From: an uncultured Methanosarcinaceae archaeon
GTDB taxonomy: Archaea; Halobacteriota; Methanosarcinia; Methanosarcinales; Methanosarcinaceae
Direction: 5' to 3'
Length of the DNA stretch: 64,000 nt
Assembly (NCBI GenBank): GCA_963733675.1
Contig: CAVTET010000007.1
Span: 32,001-96,000, forward strand
Shown here: positions 46,779 through 58,991 of the stretch, piece after piece
How the letters are laid out: every line of letters begins with the position of its first letter
Numbering within the stretch: the stretch's first letter is position 1
Notes under the pieces: model-generated
Seen by the model: only the letters and a program-made list of their open reading frames with translations
What the model was told of the DNA's origin: nothing
Database searches by the model: none
Program-made: the position numbers and the translations under genes

Positions 46779-47798
46779 ATAAAGAAATAATTTCAAAATT
46801 TAGGTTCTGTAGAAATATCTGAAATAACAATTTCCATGACTATTCAACTAAGGCAGGATTCATAATTTTCTCTACATTTTATTCAATACACTTTTATTTT
46901 TTGTTTACTGTTTTATTATATTTATAATAGCATGAATAGATCTTTTTTTGGTAAATCATTCCTATTTAATATGCAATCCTTAAATGCAACGTTTTTATAT
47001 GAAAACTTCTGCATCAGTAAATATGATAACTTCATCCTAGTTAGTTGATACAGAACTAAATTTTCATGATAAGAGAAAGGAATAATGTCTTTAAAATCAG
47101 AATTGGGACAACTTTGCAAGAATATGTACAGTATAAAGGAACTCCTAGAAAATCTGGAGCTTCTGGGACACTTGGAACTAATTAGCCCAAACAACCATCA
47201 TAAATAGAAACATAAGGAAATAATACATATATAGTTCTGGCAGTGCACCAAAGGTTCTGTAAAGTGTAGTTGATTCTGTATCTTTTTCTTCCCAATGAAA
47301 AACAGAAATTGCTCAGTCGGTTAGCAGAATGAGTTAGGGAGTTCAAAAAATAAGCTTAAAAGTATCAGATTGATCATCTCACTAACTACTAATATTTATT
47401 TGTTGTTAATTCCATGTTGATATGTTCTCTCCACGCATCATCAAACAGAATTAGTGACCTAATTTTTGGGCTAATTATGATATATCTTTAGATTGTCGTT
47501 ATTGCCTTTTCTTCTTTTTGTTACATTTAATCTCAAATTAGTAGAAAACTAAATAAAAACATAAAAAGTTTTATACCATGTAAACTTAATGAATTTATTA
47601 TAAAAGTTTACACCATAAGTAGCAATAAAATGTATTTAAGAAAAAAATGGAGTAATAAAAGTATTAAAAAAGTATAGCAAAATTTAATAAATTCGTTAGC
47701 TATCGATTTTAATTAGATAGTAGTGTATCGAAAGGTCCGTAAAAATTACTGTTCACCTTCTTTTTTTCATTGCAAAATAAGATTTCTTGGTTACATTG

Positions 47799-47829
47799 AT
47801 GCATAGCTTTTATAGCAAAATCACGGCAT
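47799..47829. other. 31-bp palindromic recombination-like site
   Basis: ATGCATAGCTTT-TATAGCA-AAATCACGGCAT; spacer is the reverse complement of TGCTATA. Confidence 0.55.
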
Positions 47830-47990
47830 TCAAATACCAGTTTTATAAGTTTACTTGTTGACTCTTGGCTTTTTTTGCGGTGGAAATATTGAAATAAAAT
47901 AGTATATCTAGTAAAAGGTTATCCAACCCATGGCGCTGCAAAAATTAACCATTATGGAAATAAAGTGCATTATGAATTGTTTGAGATAAT

Positions 47991-48845
47991 GGTTCCGTTG
48001 CAAAAAAATCCAAAAAATATGTAAATCTATAAGTAATTAATAAAAATCAAAATATTCAAGGAAAATGTACTAACATTATAAAACTATACCAAACAATTGA
48101 TTAATGTATTTGACTTCATTAAGAACAGAGTAATTTAGATCATTTACTTGTCCTTTTTTGATCATATTCATAGCTTCAATTCCTTTTAAAGTCTTATTAG
48201 CAGATCGAAAAGACTGAAATCCTAACATTGGATTAACGATTCGTTTTATAGATCTATGATCTTGTTCTATAATGTTATTCAAATACCTGGTTTGTCGAAT
48301 ACCTATGTTTTTAGGTAGTATTTTATCATTTTTCAGTTTACCTATAGCAGGTGGATAAGCTGGATTCTTATCAACGGTTATTACCTTTGGAATTTGATTA
48401 TGATACGAACTTAAAGCTTTCTTAAAGAATCTCTTCGCAGCTTTTCGGTTTCGTTTTGCACTTAACATGAAATCGATTGTCTCTCCATTTGAGTCAACTG
48501 CTCGGTAAAAATATTTCCATTTACCTTTTACTTTGATATAGGTTTCATCAACTCTCCACGAATAGTTTGTTAGCTTTAAATGTCTTCTGATTTTCTTTTC
48601 TATTTCAGGTGAATATTGATGTACCCATCTCATGATTGTTGTATGGTCGACTTTTACTTCCCTTTCCACCATCATTTCCTTTAAATTTCTATAGCTCAAT
48701 GGGTATTTTAAGTACCATCTTACATTCAATAGGATAATTTCTCCTTCATAATGCTTCCATTTAAAGGAATTAAATAGCATATTACTATCTTTGATTCCCT
48801 TTTTATTCTATTGTATCATTAGAAAGGATTTTTTGCAACGGAACC
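47991..48845 (-). mobile_element. IS6-family insertion sequence, intact
   Basis: TIRs GGTTCCGTTGCAAAAA / TTTTTGCAACGGAACC. Confidence 0.95.
48076..48780 (-). CDS. IS6-family transposase
   Basis: 234 aa, DETY / D / EQDHR DDE motifs. Confidence 0.95.
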   Translation of the reverse strand: MLFNSFKWKHYEGEIILLNVRWYLKYPLSYRNLKEMMVEREVKVDHTTIMRWVHQYSPEIEKKIRRHLKLTNYSWRVDETYIKVKGKWKYFYRAVDSNGETIDFMLSAKRNRKAAKRFFKKALSSYHNQIPKVITVDKNPAYPPAIGKLKNDKILPKNIGIRQTRYLNNIIEQDHRSIKRIVNPMLGFQSFRSANKTLKGIEAMNMIKKGQVNDLNYSVLNEVKYINQLFGIVL

Positions 48846-48923
48846 CTAAAAACTTATAAATACATCATTTCCTGTTATATCATCGTTTGATATATCAGCT
48901 TTCAAGATGTTGAGGCTCGAGCT

Positions 48924-49373
48924 ATGGAAAACAAAATGTGTACAGAAGTCAGACGAGTTTTTCTCAAGTACATCGTTCTGATGATTATTAAAGATAAGCC
49001 TACCCATGGCTATGATATAATCAAGACCATCAAGCTCCGCTCAAAAGGATGCTGGATCCCAAGTACAGGTTCGATTTATCCAATACTGGAGAGTCTAGAG
49101 TCAAATGGCTTAATCCAGAGCAAAGAGATAGAGGAGCGCCGCAAAAAGGTGTATTCAATCACCGATAAGGGAATAGTGGCGCTGGATCACATGACACAGA
49201 AGAGATTGGAGCTCTTGGATGAAATGTCCCAGATCATCAATATTATGACTGAAGGTAATGGCAGTAGTGATATTGGTGATGAGGTCAGTAATATCAGTAG
49301 TTTGGATCGGCAGCCTGAAAAAACACACAATGGCAATTCTCAGACTCTACAAACAGTTGATAATGGAAGGTAA
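48924..49373 (+). CDS. PadR-family transcriptional regulator
   Basis: PTHGYDII...[15 protein letters not shown]...[10 protein letters not shown]. Confidence 0.92.
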   Translation: MENKMCTEVRRVFLKYIVLMIIKDKPTHGYDIIKTIKLRSKGCWIPSTGSIYPILESLESNGLIQSKEIEERRKKVYSITDKGIVALDHMTQKRLELLDEMSQIINIMTEGNGSSDIGDEVSNISSLDRQPEKTHNGNSQTLQTVDNGR

Positions 49374-51189
49374 CAGGTTGAGCGAAGACAATAATATGAC
49401 AGACAAAGTGATCGCTGGCAAATTAGGAAAGGGCGTTGAATACAAGTGGATTGCACTATTCAATGTGACCTTAGCGACTCTGATGGGGTCTACCGACAAC
49501 AGCATTGTTCTGATTGCGCTGCCTACGATATTCAAGGGCATACAGATTAACCCTATGGCCCCTGATGTATTCCAGTATCTGCTGTGGATCCTGATGGGCT
49601 ATGGTCTGGTAACTGCAACACTGCTCCTCAGTTTCGGGAGACTTGCAGACATGTACGGTCGGGTGAAACTCTTTAGGTTGGGTTTCCTGATATTTGCCAT
49701 TGGATCAACCCTACTTTACCTTACTCCCAGCACCGGTAACGCGGGTGCACTGGAGCTAATTATTTTCCGGTTCATACAGGCCGTGGGTAGTGCATTCACT
49801 ATGTCAAACGGTGCAGCCATTATAACAGATGCATTTCCGGCTAGTGAGAGGGGGAAGGCTTTAGGCATAAATATGGTTGCCTTCATGTCCGGCCAGTTCA
49901 TTGGTTTATTGCTGGGTGGAGTACTAGCTGTATACAACTGGCGCTATGTGTTTTTAGTCAGTGTCCCCTTTGCTATATTTGGGACACTATGGTCTTACTG
50001 GAAGATGAAGGAGGTTTCTTTCCGTGCACCAAAAACAAGCATCGATTTCTTAGGCAATTTAGTCTTCATCGGTGGGCTAACTTCTCTGCTTGTCGGTGTA
50101 ACCTATGGCCTGATGCCGTACAAACATGATAGCATCACCGATGCTATGGGCTGGGGAAACCCTTGGGTAATTAGAGCAATCATTGTCGGCATACTGCTGT
50201 TGATCATTTTCCCATTTGTAGAGAGCAAAGTAAAGAACCCTATGTTCCGGTTGGAATTCTTCAAGATCCGAGCTTTCGCCTATGCGAATCTCGCCAGCTT
50301 TGCAGCAGCTATTTCGCGAGGAGGCGTCATGTTTATGCTTATCATGTTGTTGCAGGGTATCTGGCTGCCACTTCATGGTTATCGCTTCGAAGATACACCT
50401 TTTTGGGCAGGTATCTACATGCTTCCCATGACCTTTGGCTTTGTAGTTATGGGACCGATCTCTGGGATACTTTCGGACAAGTATGGGCCCCGATGGATCG
50501 CTACCTGTGGGATGACCCTCGTGACCCTGGTCTTCATTTGCCTCTCAATGCTTCCCTATAATTTCGATTATTGGGAGCTTGGCATCCTGATTTTCCTAAT
50601 GGGTGCTGGTAATGGCATGTTTAGCTCTCCTAATAGCTCATCAGTCATGAATTCAGTACCCCCGCAAGATCGGGGTGTAGCATCGGGTACGATGTTTACA
50701 TTGACAAGTTCGGCCAATACGGTGAGCATGGCTGTGTTTTTTACCATCGTTATCGTAGGTATCAAGGGAGCTTTTCCAGGAGCGATACACGACTATTTCG
50801 CTAGCCTTGGATCCTTACAGATTAACCCCACTGTTCAACAACTCGCAGATCGGCTAGCCAGCATGTCACCGACCAATGCGCTGTTTTCTGCTTTCTTAGG
50901 ATATAACCCGATGGGCTCTATCTTGAGCTCCATGGATCCACATATTGTCAGCGCGATACCACAACAGATCGTGACCACCCTGACAAGCAGATACTGGTTC
51001 CCACGAACATTACAGCAGGCTTTTATGCCGGCGCTGCAGTTTGCGTTTAGAATCGGGGCTGTACTCTCAGGCACAGCTGCGGTATTGTCTGCAATGAGGG
51101 GCCAACGATACGTGCATGAAACAGATTTTATGGGTAAAGATACTAGTAAAAGTGGTCTTGAAGGAGAAGGAAAGAAGGAGCAGACTTGA
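49363..51189 (+). CDS. MFS efflux transporter (DHA2-like, 14 TM); start uncertain (49363 or 49396)
   Basis: GRLADMYGR motif [18 protein letters not shown]. Confidence 0.92.
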   Translation: MEGNRLSEDNNMTDKVIAGKLGKGVEYKWIALFNVTLATLMGSTDNSIVLIALPTIFKGIQINPMAPDVFQYLLWILMGYGLVTATLLLSFGRLADMYGRVKLFRLGFLIFAIGSTLLYLTPSTGNAGALELIIFRFIQAVGSAFTMSNGAAIITDAFPASERGKALGINMVAFMSGQFIGLLLGGVLAVYNWRYVFLVSVPFAIFGTLWSYWKMKEVSFRAPKTSIDFLGNLVFIGGLTSLLVGVTYGLMPYKHDSITDAMGWGNPWVIRAIIVGILLLIIFPFVESKVKNPMFRLEFFKIRAFAYANLASFAAAISRGGVMFMLIMLLQGIWLPLHGYRFEDTPFWAGIYMLPMTFGFVVMGPISGILSDKYGPRWIATCGMTLVTLVFICLSMLPYNFDYWELGILIFLMGAGNGMFSSPNSSSVMNSVPPQDRGVASGTMFTLTSSANTVSMAVFFTIVIVGIKGAFPGAIHDYFASLGSLQINPTVQQLADRLASMSPTNALFSAFLGYNPMGSILSSMDPHIVSAIPQQIVTTLTSRYWFPRTLQQAFMPALQFAFRIGAVLSGTAAVLSAMRGQRYVHETDFMGKDTSKSGLEGEGKKEQT

Positions 51190-51329
51190 TAATTGATATT
51201 CTAGACAATATCAATTGGAGAGTACTGATTGGCAGCGTTGCAATAAATCAGCTTCAATGCAGACTGTCACTTTTATCAAGTATTAACATTTTGATTTTGA
51301 GAAAGTGCAATAACAAAGGAGATAATTAG

Positions 51330-52253
51330 ATGAAAGAAAACCAGGCTAGCTTTACTGCAATGTCGGTAGCCTATATGCGTGCTTACCATTCCATATATGA
51401 TGCTCCAAAAATCTTTGATGATTTTTTGGCCTATGATTTGATACCCGAGGAAAAACGAGAACTAATTGAAAAACATTTAATTGAACAATATGTAACCTGG
51501 GATCAACAATTAAAAGATACTGAAAATTCTACATCGCTCCACGATAGGATTACTACCTCAGAGTCCTTAATGCAAGCAATTAATAATGTTATCAGTCGTG
51601 CTCGATATACGGAAGATACCTTGGAGGAAGCTTTCAGGCAAGGAGTGAAGCAGTACGTAATTCTTGGGGCAGGAATGGATACATTTGCGTTTCGGAGACC
51701 CGAAATGTTGGAAGAGTTGGAAGTATTTGAGGTTGATCACCCTTCCACTCAAAAATTTAAGCTACATCGACTTGCTGAGTTGGGATGGAAACATCCAGCA
51801 AAATTACACTTCGTTCCTATAGATTTCACGAAGGAAAGTTTAGTAACAGCACTCATGCGCTCATCATCTTATGACCCCAAAATTAAAACTTTCTTCAGCT
51901 GGTTCGGTGTCACCCCGTACTTACCCCAAAAAGATGTGTTGGCGACACTACGTTTCATCGCTGATGTTGCACCTGTTGGGAGCTCTTTAGTTTTTGATTA
52001 TATAGATACTGATGCATTTATTCCCGAAAAATTGTCTCCGCAAATGCGAGAGCTGTTAGAGTATTTGAGTAAAATTGGTGAACCACTGGAAAGCAATGGC
52101 TTCAATCCGTTAAACTTGGCCGAAGAGCTCGCAAGTTTAGGATTTCGGTTATATGAGGACCTAAGCCCAACAGACATCGAAGGACGTTACTTGCAAGGAC
52201 GTACGTATGGACATTATGAGCATGGACATTTTGCATGTGCAGTTGTCGAATAA
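51330..52253 (+). CDS. SAM-dependent methyltransferase (LCM/Ppm1-like)
   Basis: QYVILGAGMDTFAFR, FEVDHP, FVPIDF. Confidence 0.9.
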   Translation: MKENQASFTAMSVAYMRAYHSIYDAPKIFDDFLAYDLIPEEKRELIEKHLIEQYVTWDQQLKDTENSTSLHDRITTSESLMQAINNVISRARYTEDTLEEAFRQGVKQYVILGAGMDTFAFRRPEMLEELEVFEVDHPSTQKFKLHRLAELGWKHPAKLHFVPIDFTKESLVTALMRSSSYDPKIKTFFSWFGVTPYLPQKDVLATLRFIADVAPVGSSLVFDYIDTDAFIPEKLSPQMRELLEYLSKIGEPLESNGFNPLNLAEELASLGFRLYEDLSPTDIEGRYLQGRTYGHYEHGHFACAVVE

Positions 52254-52335
52254 CCAGGTACTTTAATACATTTACCTGCCCAATAAAGGGGCAGTTTGTC
52301 ATTAATTTGCCACTAAACTTTTTGATGCACATCTT

Positions 52336-52561
52336 GGTTCCGTTGCAAAAAAATCCAAAGAATATGTAAATCTATAAGTAATTAATAAAAATCAAAATAT
52401 TCAAGGAAAATGTACTAACATTATAAAACTATACCAAACAATTGATTAATGTATTTGACTTCATTAAGAACAAAGTAATGTAAATTATTGACTTGTCTTT
52501 TTTAATCATATTCATTACTCATAGATTTAAATGCTTATTTTGAAATTTTTGCAACGGAACC
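52336..52561 (-). mobile_element. IS6 internal-deletion derivative (226 bp)
   Basis: First ~180 bp nearly identical to 47991-48170; closes with TTTTTGCAACGGAACC. Confidence 0.88.
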
Positions 52562-52929
52562 TTTATTGGCATGTAATCAGCTGAAACTTCTACATTTCTA
52601 TGAGCTATAGGATGATCTCGTTCTCAAAAGCATAAGCAAGATGCATCAAAAAAAATAACCAATCAACTACGACTGATATTGTTCATTCATGTGAATCGCT
52701 TCATATTAAGAGAAAACCACATGTCTATGTATGTAGAGTAGGATGAAACACTTCATATGGATCTTCTCTCCGGAAAGCAATTCGGCTATCACAAACATCA
52801 GTAAGTCGATTAATTTTGAGACTTATAAGCTTTCGATAGGCTTGTCGCTCTATCATCATGTTCTCTGAAGGACTTAATATTTGGAACAGCTTGTTCCATC
52901 TCAGAGTTTCCGGCTTCAACATTTCCTTT

Positions 52930-53422
52930 TAAATTAAATAAATTCGATGAAGCGCTAAAAGCATTTGACAAGTCAATTAAAATTGACCCGCAGTACTCAT
53001 ATGCTTGGGATGGCAAAGGACTTGCTCTTAATCATTTAAACAAACATGAAGATGCAATAAAAGATTATGACAAAGCAATTGAAATTAACCCTCAGCACTT
53101 AGATGCTTGGTACAATAAAGGAAATGCTCTATCTAAACAAAATAAATACGATGAAGCATTAAAATCATTTGACAAAGCAATTGAAATTAATCCGCAAGAT
53201 TCAATGGCTTGGTACAATAAAGGAGTTGCTATAGGTAAATTGAATAAATCTGATGAAGCACTAATAGCCTATGACAAAGCAATTGAAATTAACCCGCAGA
53301 ATTCAGATGCTTGGTACAATAAAGCAGTAATTTTAAATAAATTAAGTAAATCAGCTGAAGCAATAAATGCATATGAGAAAGCAATTGAAATTAATCCGCA
53401 ACTCAGAAATTTGGCACAATAA
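52930..53422 (+). pseudogene. TPR-repeat protein fragment
   Basis: Repeated 34-aa DKAIEINPQ..AWYNKG units lacking a 5' start. Confidence 0.8.
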
Positions 53423-54192
53423 AAGTACTTCATTTAAATGGATTAAATAAATCCGTTTTTGTAGGTAATGTACCTAAAAATCTGTAAATTCTGATTGACT
53501 CTGTATCAATTTACTTAATCACAAAAACACGATGTAGAGTCAATAGCTTCACTGATCAAGATTCTGTTTTTATTTTGATAGCTTAAAATAAATCTCGACA
53601 TGAGATTTTCGTTCTAATCATCTTGTAGATAATATTAGCCAAAATCTTAAATCTATGACAATTATCTTAGAACAATTATCTTAGAACAATTCAATTTCAA
53701 TACCTTAAACAATGGCTTTCTGTGTAATATAATTAAATAAATAGTTATAGATACTTAAATTATATACTTTTAAAGCAATAAATGTCTATAGAAAATATCC
53801 GGAAGACACTTACTGTGCTATGTTAACAAAATCATGAGGGTAAATTGTAGATATTCAACTAACAAGTTGTTACATAATTTGTTATGAATTCTATATGTCT
53901 TATTCTAAAAGAATGAGATAGAGATTAAAATCTCCCTTAATCATTTAATGTTTTAGTATAATTTCCATGATTATGAAATCCAAATTCATATAATTGGCTT
54001 AAGTGGCGCAACTAATATTGAAAGTTCAATGATTATTATCATTACTTTTGTAAAAAATGTCTTAAAACGGCTGAGAACGGTCCATTATTGATCTGGCATG
54101 TATAAACCCCGTCGTTGTATCAAAGGGAACTAAGAAAATATAAATGCAACATTAATTGGTAGTTATTTTAAAGAGTAAAAACGGTGTTACAA

Positions 54193-54465
54193 ATGGCCAG
54201 ACCTACAAAATTAACGGATGTAGTACAACAAGAGATCGGTGATGGCGTGTCCCCTGGATTGACGTACTCTCTCGCTGCTTCGTCAGCAGGTGTGACTTAC
54301 CAGACGTTCAATCAATGGATGAAATTGGGAAGAGATTCGACTTCAAGAAGGCACTTTGAATTTTATAAACATATCAAACAACGGAATGCTGAAGGAGCTC
54401 TAAGAATATTACAGAAACTGAACGATGCTGCTAGAGCTGGAAATTGACAGGTTTGCTTGTGGATT
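54193..54465 (+). pseudogene. TerS-like gene, nonsense codon and truncation
   Basis: MARPTKLT...AGVTYQTFNQW; TGA at 54445 followed by QVCLWI. Confidence 0.75.
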
Positions 54466-54724
54466 ATATAATAACAATGTTATATTATCAAGCATAACGT
54501 TTAATTGTAATATCTATATATGAATACTTATACTATATAATTAGAAGAGAACATTAGATTAAAAATACAATTATACGTTTTATAATATTTAAGTGAACAA
54601 AAAAATCTTCAAACCTTGTCTTATTAAATAGAAAATTTATGGGAAAATTGTTTGGCTTATTTGGCTTCCCTATTGCATGAATACCTGCTCTAAAAACTAT
54701 AGTAATTATTTTAAATAATGCGAT

Positions 54725-54850
54725 TTAAGACCATTTCATCAAGAGAAACAGAGCAAATATTCCTACAAAGATACCCACAAATACAACGCCAATCGTGACT
54801 TTAACTATAAAATCTACTGATTGCTTCATCTTAATTTTGTCATCAAGCAT
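54725..54850 (-). CDS. 41-aa single-TM microprotein (copy 2)
   Basis: MLDDKIKMKQSVDFIVKVTIGVVFVGIFVGIFALFLLMKWS. Confidence 0.55.
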   Translation of the reverse strand: MLDDKIKMKQSVDFIVKVTIGVVFVGIFVGIFALFLLMKWS

Positions 54851-55674
54851 GTAAATAATAACCACTTCCTGGTCAAAAGTCATCAACTACTTCGTTTTTT
54901 ATTAATTTAAATGATCAGGCTGATCTTAGGAGCTGCAGGCGAAGAGAGATACCTAGAACTCAATCGAATATTTAATTGAAAAGACGGAGAAATATATTAA
55001 CTAGGATTGTATTCATTTTATTATATACGTTTGTGGATATAAGTTACTAACTTAAAATAATCAGTATTAACATTACATGTCTTAATTTTCAGGAATTATA
55101 ATAGATAGGAACCTTCTCCCGACAATCAATAAATGACTTCATATCCGCCCCTACAACAGGCTTATAATTTATTTCAGATGATATAAATTGAATCTCTTAT
55201 AGAAAGTGCTTTAGATCGCTCTACAGTTTTTGAATTTTGGTGCTATGTTTATCACAAATCACACGTTCGCCAGAATCTCTCCTATTTCGTTATTATATAA
55301 TATATTTCACTACCAATATACCAAATCAGATCTAGAAAGTTAAGTATTTAGCTCAATAATTTAATATATATTATTTTAATGTAATTAATATATATGGGAA
55401 ATATCGTGAAGCTACCCCATGTTCTTAGGCTTAGATTCATGAAGATTCCATTTTTGTCCAAAAAATGACTTATTCTGGGCTTACAAGAGAGACTTTTATT
55501 AAGAGTCCCTTGGGGAATACATTATCCAAGTAAAAAGATGGCCCAGAGCGTCTGAGAATAGCTAATATTTGATTAACCCAGCCTAAAGCTCGTCTCCATG
55601 CAAAACAAAACTAACTAAATATTAAATACATGATTCACTAATATTAATTCTAAGAAATAAAAAACGGTGTTATC

Positions 55675-56037
55675 GTGCCACGTCCTATAAAACTCACGCC
55701 TAAAATTCAAAAGCTGATCGGTGATGGTGTATCTCTTGGATTAACTTATGCTCTTGCAGCTTCTGCTGCCGGTGTAACGTACCAGAGTTTAAATTCCTGG
55801 ATTAAACGGGGACAGAAAGATCAATCTGGAGAGTATTATCAGTTCTATAAATATATTCAAAAATGTAATGCGGACGGTGCTAAAAAACTTCTTGAACGCC
55901 TTAATGATCTTGCGGAAGCAGGAAACTGTCAGGTTTGCATGTGGATTCTGGAGCGAAGGTTTCCTGAAGACTTTGGACGAAGGATATACAAAAAACAAAT
56001 GTTGTATCTGAAAATCAAAACGCAAATGTTGAGATAG
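55675..56037 (+). CDS. TerS-like HTH protein (C-terminal frameshift; homologous tail continues to ~56105)
   Basis: Paralog of 15011-15433; WILERRFPEDFGRR. Confidence 0.7.
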   Translation: MPRPIKLTPKIQKLIGDGVSLGLTYALAASAAGVTYQSLNSWIKRGQKDQSGEYYQFYKYIQKCNADGAKKLLERLNDLAEAGNCQVCMWILERRFPEDFGRRIYKKQMLYLKIKTQMLR

Positions 56038-56111
56038 TAATTACGGACACAGATGTAATTAGAAATAAAATTCTAGATAAGTTATCGATAGTTGGAAAAT
56101 TGTAGTCTGAC

Positions 56112-56591
56112 TCACCAAAAACGCCACCATGGACTCTTTTTTTCAATCTCTTCAGGCAATAACTTTGTGTTCAACCTGCTGTTCTCTTGGATTAAACTCT
56201 GAATATGAACTGCCTGTTTATGCATATTCTCATTTTGATCCTTGATTTGTTCATCTTTAGTATGTAACTGGTCATCTTTGACTTGCAGTTGGTCATGAAA
56301 TGTTTGGATCTGAGTTTTAAGATCATCTATTCTATTTTGTTGATGCATATCGTTTACTTTCATCTGTTCTTGTAACTCTCTTATCCTTGTATCTTTTTCT
56401 TCCACCCTTACTTTTAATTCCCCAATGTCTATTGAAGCGGGAGTTTCTTGGGAGTCTGTAGTCAATAATTGAAGCGCTTTTAACACGGTCTCTGTAGGAC
56501 TTGAGTATCCCATTGATACCACTTTATCCCATACTTTTAATGGAACCCACACTTGTATTTTCTTATAGTCACTTCTATCTTCAGCTGTCAT
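56112..56591 (-). CDS. RHH-like / coiled-coil protein ending SPWWRFW (paralog 3)
   Basis: KIQVWVP...GYSSPTETVLKALQLL, KDDQL/KDEQI heptads, QSLIQENSRLNTKLLPE. Confidence 0.8.
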   Translation of the reverse strand: MTAEDRSDYKKIQVWVPLKVWDKVVSMGYSSPTETVLKALQLLTTDSQETPASIDIGELKVRVEEKDTRIRELQEQMKVNDMHQQNRIDDLKTQIQTFHDQLQVKDDQLHTKDEQIKDQNENMHKQAVHIQSLIQENSRLNTKLLPEEIEKKSPWWRFW

Positions 56592-57073
56592 GGGAGTAAT
56601 ATTACTCCCGAAAAGTTATAACCATTTCCATACTCTCAACAATTATTTATGTGCTAATGACAATTGTTTTCCATACTCCCAAAGCCCATTACAATACTCC
56701 CAATATTTATTTTTTACACTCCCATTAAATGTTACTATGCTGGTAAAAACTGACCTAATAACTACTATTACATATAATCCCAATAGCTAGTTATATATTC
56801 CCAATAAGCAACTAAATACTCCCAATTGGGAGTAAGCAGAATAAAAAGTTAGCAAATGCCGTACAAAATTCTAAACTCCGAATTTCTCCACAAAAAATCA
56901 GAATAACTATTTAATCATAGTAAATATAAATTTATAATTTGATATATATATTTTTCTTTTTAATGTAAATTACAAATCTATATACCCTATTTAGTAATAA
57001 CAATTTGATGTACTAAAAAATGGCGTTCATTGAACTAATTATAAAATTGAACAAAAATTCGGAGTCTAAACAA

Positions 57074-57385
57074 ATGGGAAGACAAACATGTAACCAAACA
57101 AAAAAAATACTGAGCATTTTACTAGTTGTTCTTTTTGTAGTAACAGTAACAGCTCCGGCAATAAGTGCGGATAAACCCAATCACAGCAGCAGCGGACTGC
57201 AAACATTCAGCACCGAGCAATCAGCCAAACAGCATTGTCCAACAGATACTGTTATGTGGCTTAATCTTCCAACAGTTATTTATCATTACACAGGTCAACA
57301 TTGGTATGGAAACACTAAGAGCGGCGCGTATTTTTGTCAGAAAGAAGCAGATAAGGTAGGAGACCGAGCTACGCGGGGAATGTGA
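57074..57385 (+). CDS. Small secreted protein (CP.D.V.WLN...YH..G..WYG.TK.GAY.C motif)
   Basis: GGAG RBS, signal ending ISA, conserved in the deleted copy at 28045. Confidence 0.8.
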   Translation: MGRQTCNQTKKILSILLVVLFVVTVTAPAISADKPNHSSSGLQTFSTEQSAKQHCPTDTVMWLNLPTVIYHYTGQHWYGNTKSGAYFCQKEADKVGDRATRGM

Positions 57386-57692
57386 AAATTCATAACCTTT
57401 CATAGATACTATGAGAATTTGGATCCCATGATAAAATGATTAAGCTACGGTACAGTTTTGGTTCAAATGTTTTAATTATCTCGACCCTAAGATGCATATG
57501 TTTCATATGAAAACATCCACATCATTAAAAACGATAAATTCTATTTTTTGTAGTGACAGAAAAAGAATATGGGGTCAATCAGATTTTGTAAACTTTAGGT
57601 GTACTGCCACAGAAAATGTCTTTCAAATATGGAATTTAATCCTAGTTAGTTGATACAGAACTAAATGTTCGTGAAAAAGGAAATAGACTATG

Positions 57693-57833
57693 GGTTCTGG
57701 TGCAAAAAATCTGGCTTTATTGCAAAATCAATGTAAACATTTACAATTAGGGAATCTCATTACAGATAAAATAGCACATAACGGAAATAATTATAGTATC
57801 AAACTGCGGAAATATCATTTGTGCACCACAATC
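57693..57833. mobile_element. Diverged IS6-type MITE
   Basis: GGTTCTGGTGCAAAAAATCTGGCT...TGTGCACCACAATC. Confidence 0.55.
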
Positions 57834-58254
57834 GAAAAAAGAATCATAAACATATATTCTAAAATATATTTAATAATATATAGTGATTAATCTTTCCCTA
57901 TAATTTATAATACTTTAAAAGTAAGTATCAAATAGTCCAATAAAAAAACACCTTTAATTATAGATGCTCGTACAATATTTTTAATAGTTGTATTCATTTT
58001 TAACAGCTCGCGTTTAAGAACTAATCGACCATGCTATATTTCTGCGGTGCACTACCACTGAAAGGTGATTATAAAGAATTTAGTGTCTATTTGGACATCA
58101 GGAAAACGTACCATAATAAAGAATGATGCACTGAAGAGAAAAAGCACTTAATTTCATTATAACTATTGTAATATATAATTGTTTGAAGTTAATGTTGCTT
58201 TTACTTTGTTTCACTAGTGTAGACTCATAATAAAGTGAAGGAGTGAACTAAACG

Positions 58255-58539
58255 ATGGAACAGTTATCTCGTAAAATGAAAAAAATATGTAATATTTTGG
58301 TGGCAGTCTTATTTTTAGTATCATTGACGGTAGCAGCATCTGGCGCTCAACCAGATCACAAACACAAACATTTGGAACACACTCATTTGGGTGGAAATTC
58401 AACCCATAATGATCATGACGATAATAACAACCATGATGATAATAACGATCATAATAATGATCATAATAACCATCAACATGATGATGATGACTGTTGGGCG
58501 TGGAGTCCCACCAAAGAACAATGGGTATATATCTGTTAA
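58255..58539 (+). CDS. Secreted His/Asp/Asn-rich peptide (signal family)
   Basis: GGAGTGA RBS; ends CWAWSPTKEQWVYIC. Confidence 0.75.
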   Translation: MEQLSRKMKKICNILVAVLFLVSLTVAASGAQPDHKHKHLEHTHLGGNSTHNDHDDNNNHDDNNDHNNDHNNHQHDDDDCWAWSPTKEQWVYIC

Positions 58540-58769
58540 TGGCAATGCTGACAGAAACTACATAAATTAAAAATGTAACTAAAATGAATATATGTGTCTG
58601 ACTGCGTATGTAATCTGACAGCACATTGTATCAAAAAATTAAGCTGGAAACTGCGTTAAAATAAAATAATAAAGGATAAAATCCATCAATCGTACATTTT
58701 TAATTCAACTGTGCAAGTCCTAACCAAATTAAAATTATTTTCAAACTTAATAAAAAAGGAGTGAATTAA

Positions 58770-58991
58770 ATGTTGAAACAACAATGTAGTAAAGTAAAAA
58801 CAGTACTGACCATTATGCTGGTAATCTTCTTTTTAGTATCATTGACTGCTGCAGCATCGAGCGCTGAATCAGATCACAAACATGACCATTTGGACCAAGA
58901 TCAATTGGACCACGACCATCATCATCACGATAATAATGATGAATGTTTGGTGTGGAACTCTACCAAGCACGATTGGGTATGGATTTGTTGA
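58770..58991 (+). CDS. Secreted His/Asp-rich peptide (signal family)
   Basis: GGAGTGA RBS; ends CLVWNSTKHDWVWIC. Confidence 0.75.
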   Translation: MLKQQCSKVKTVLTIMLVIFFLVSLTAAASSAESDHKHDHLDQDQLDHDHHHHDNNDECLVWNSTKHDWVWIC

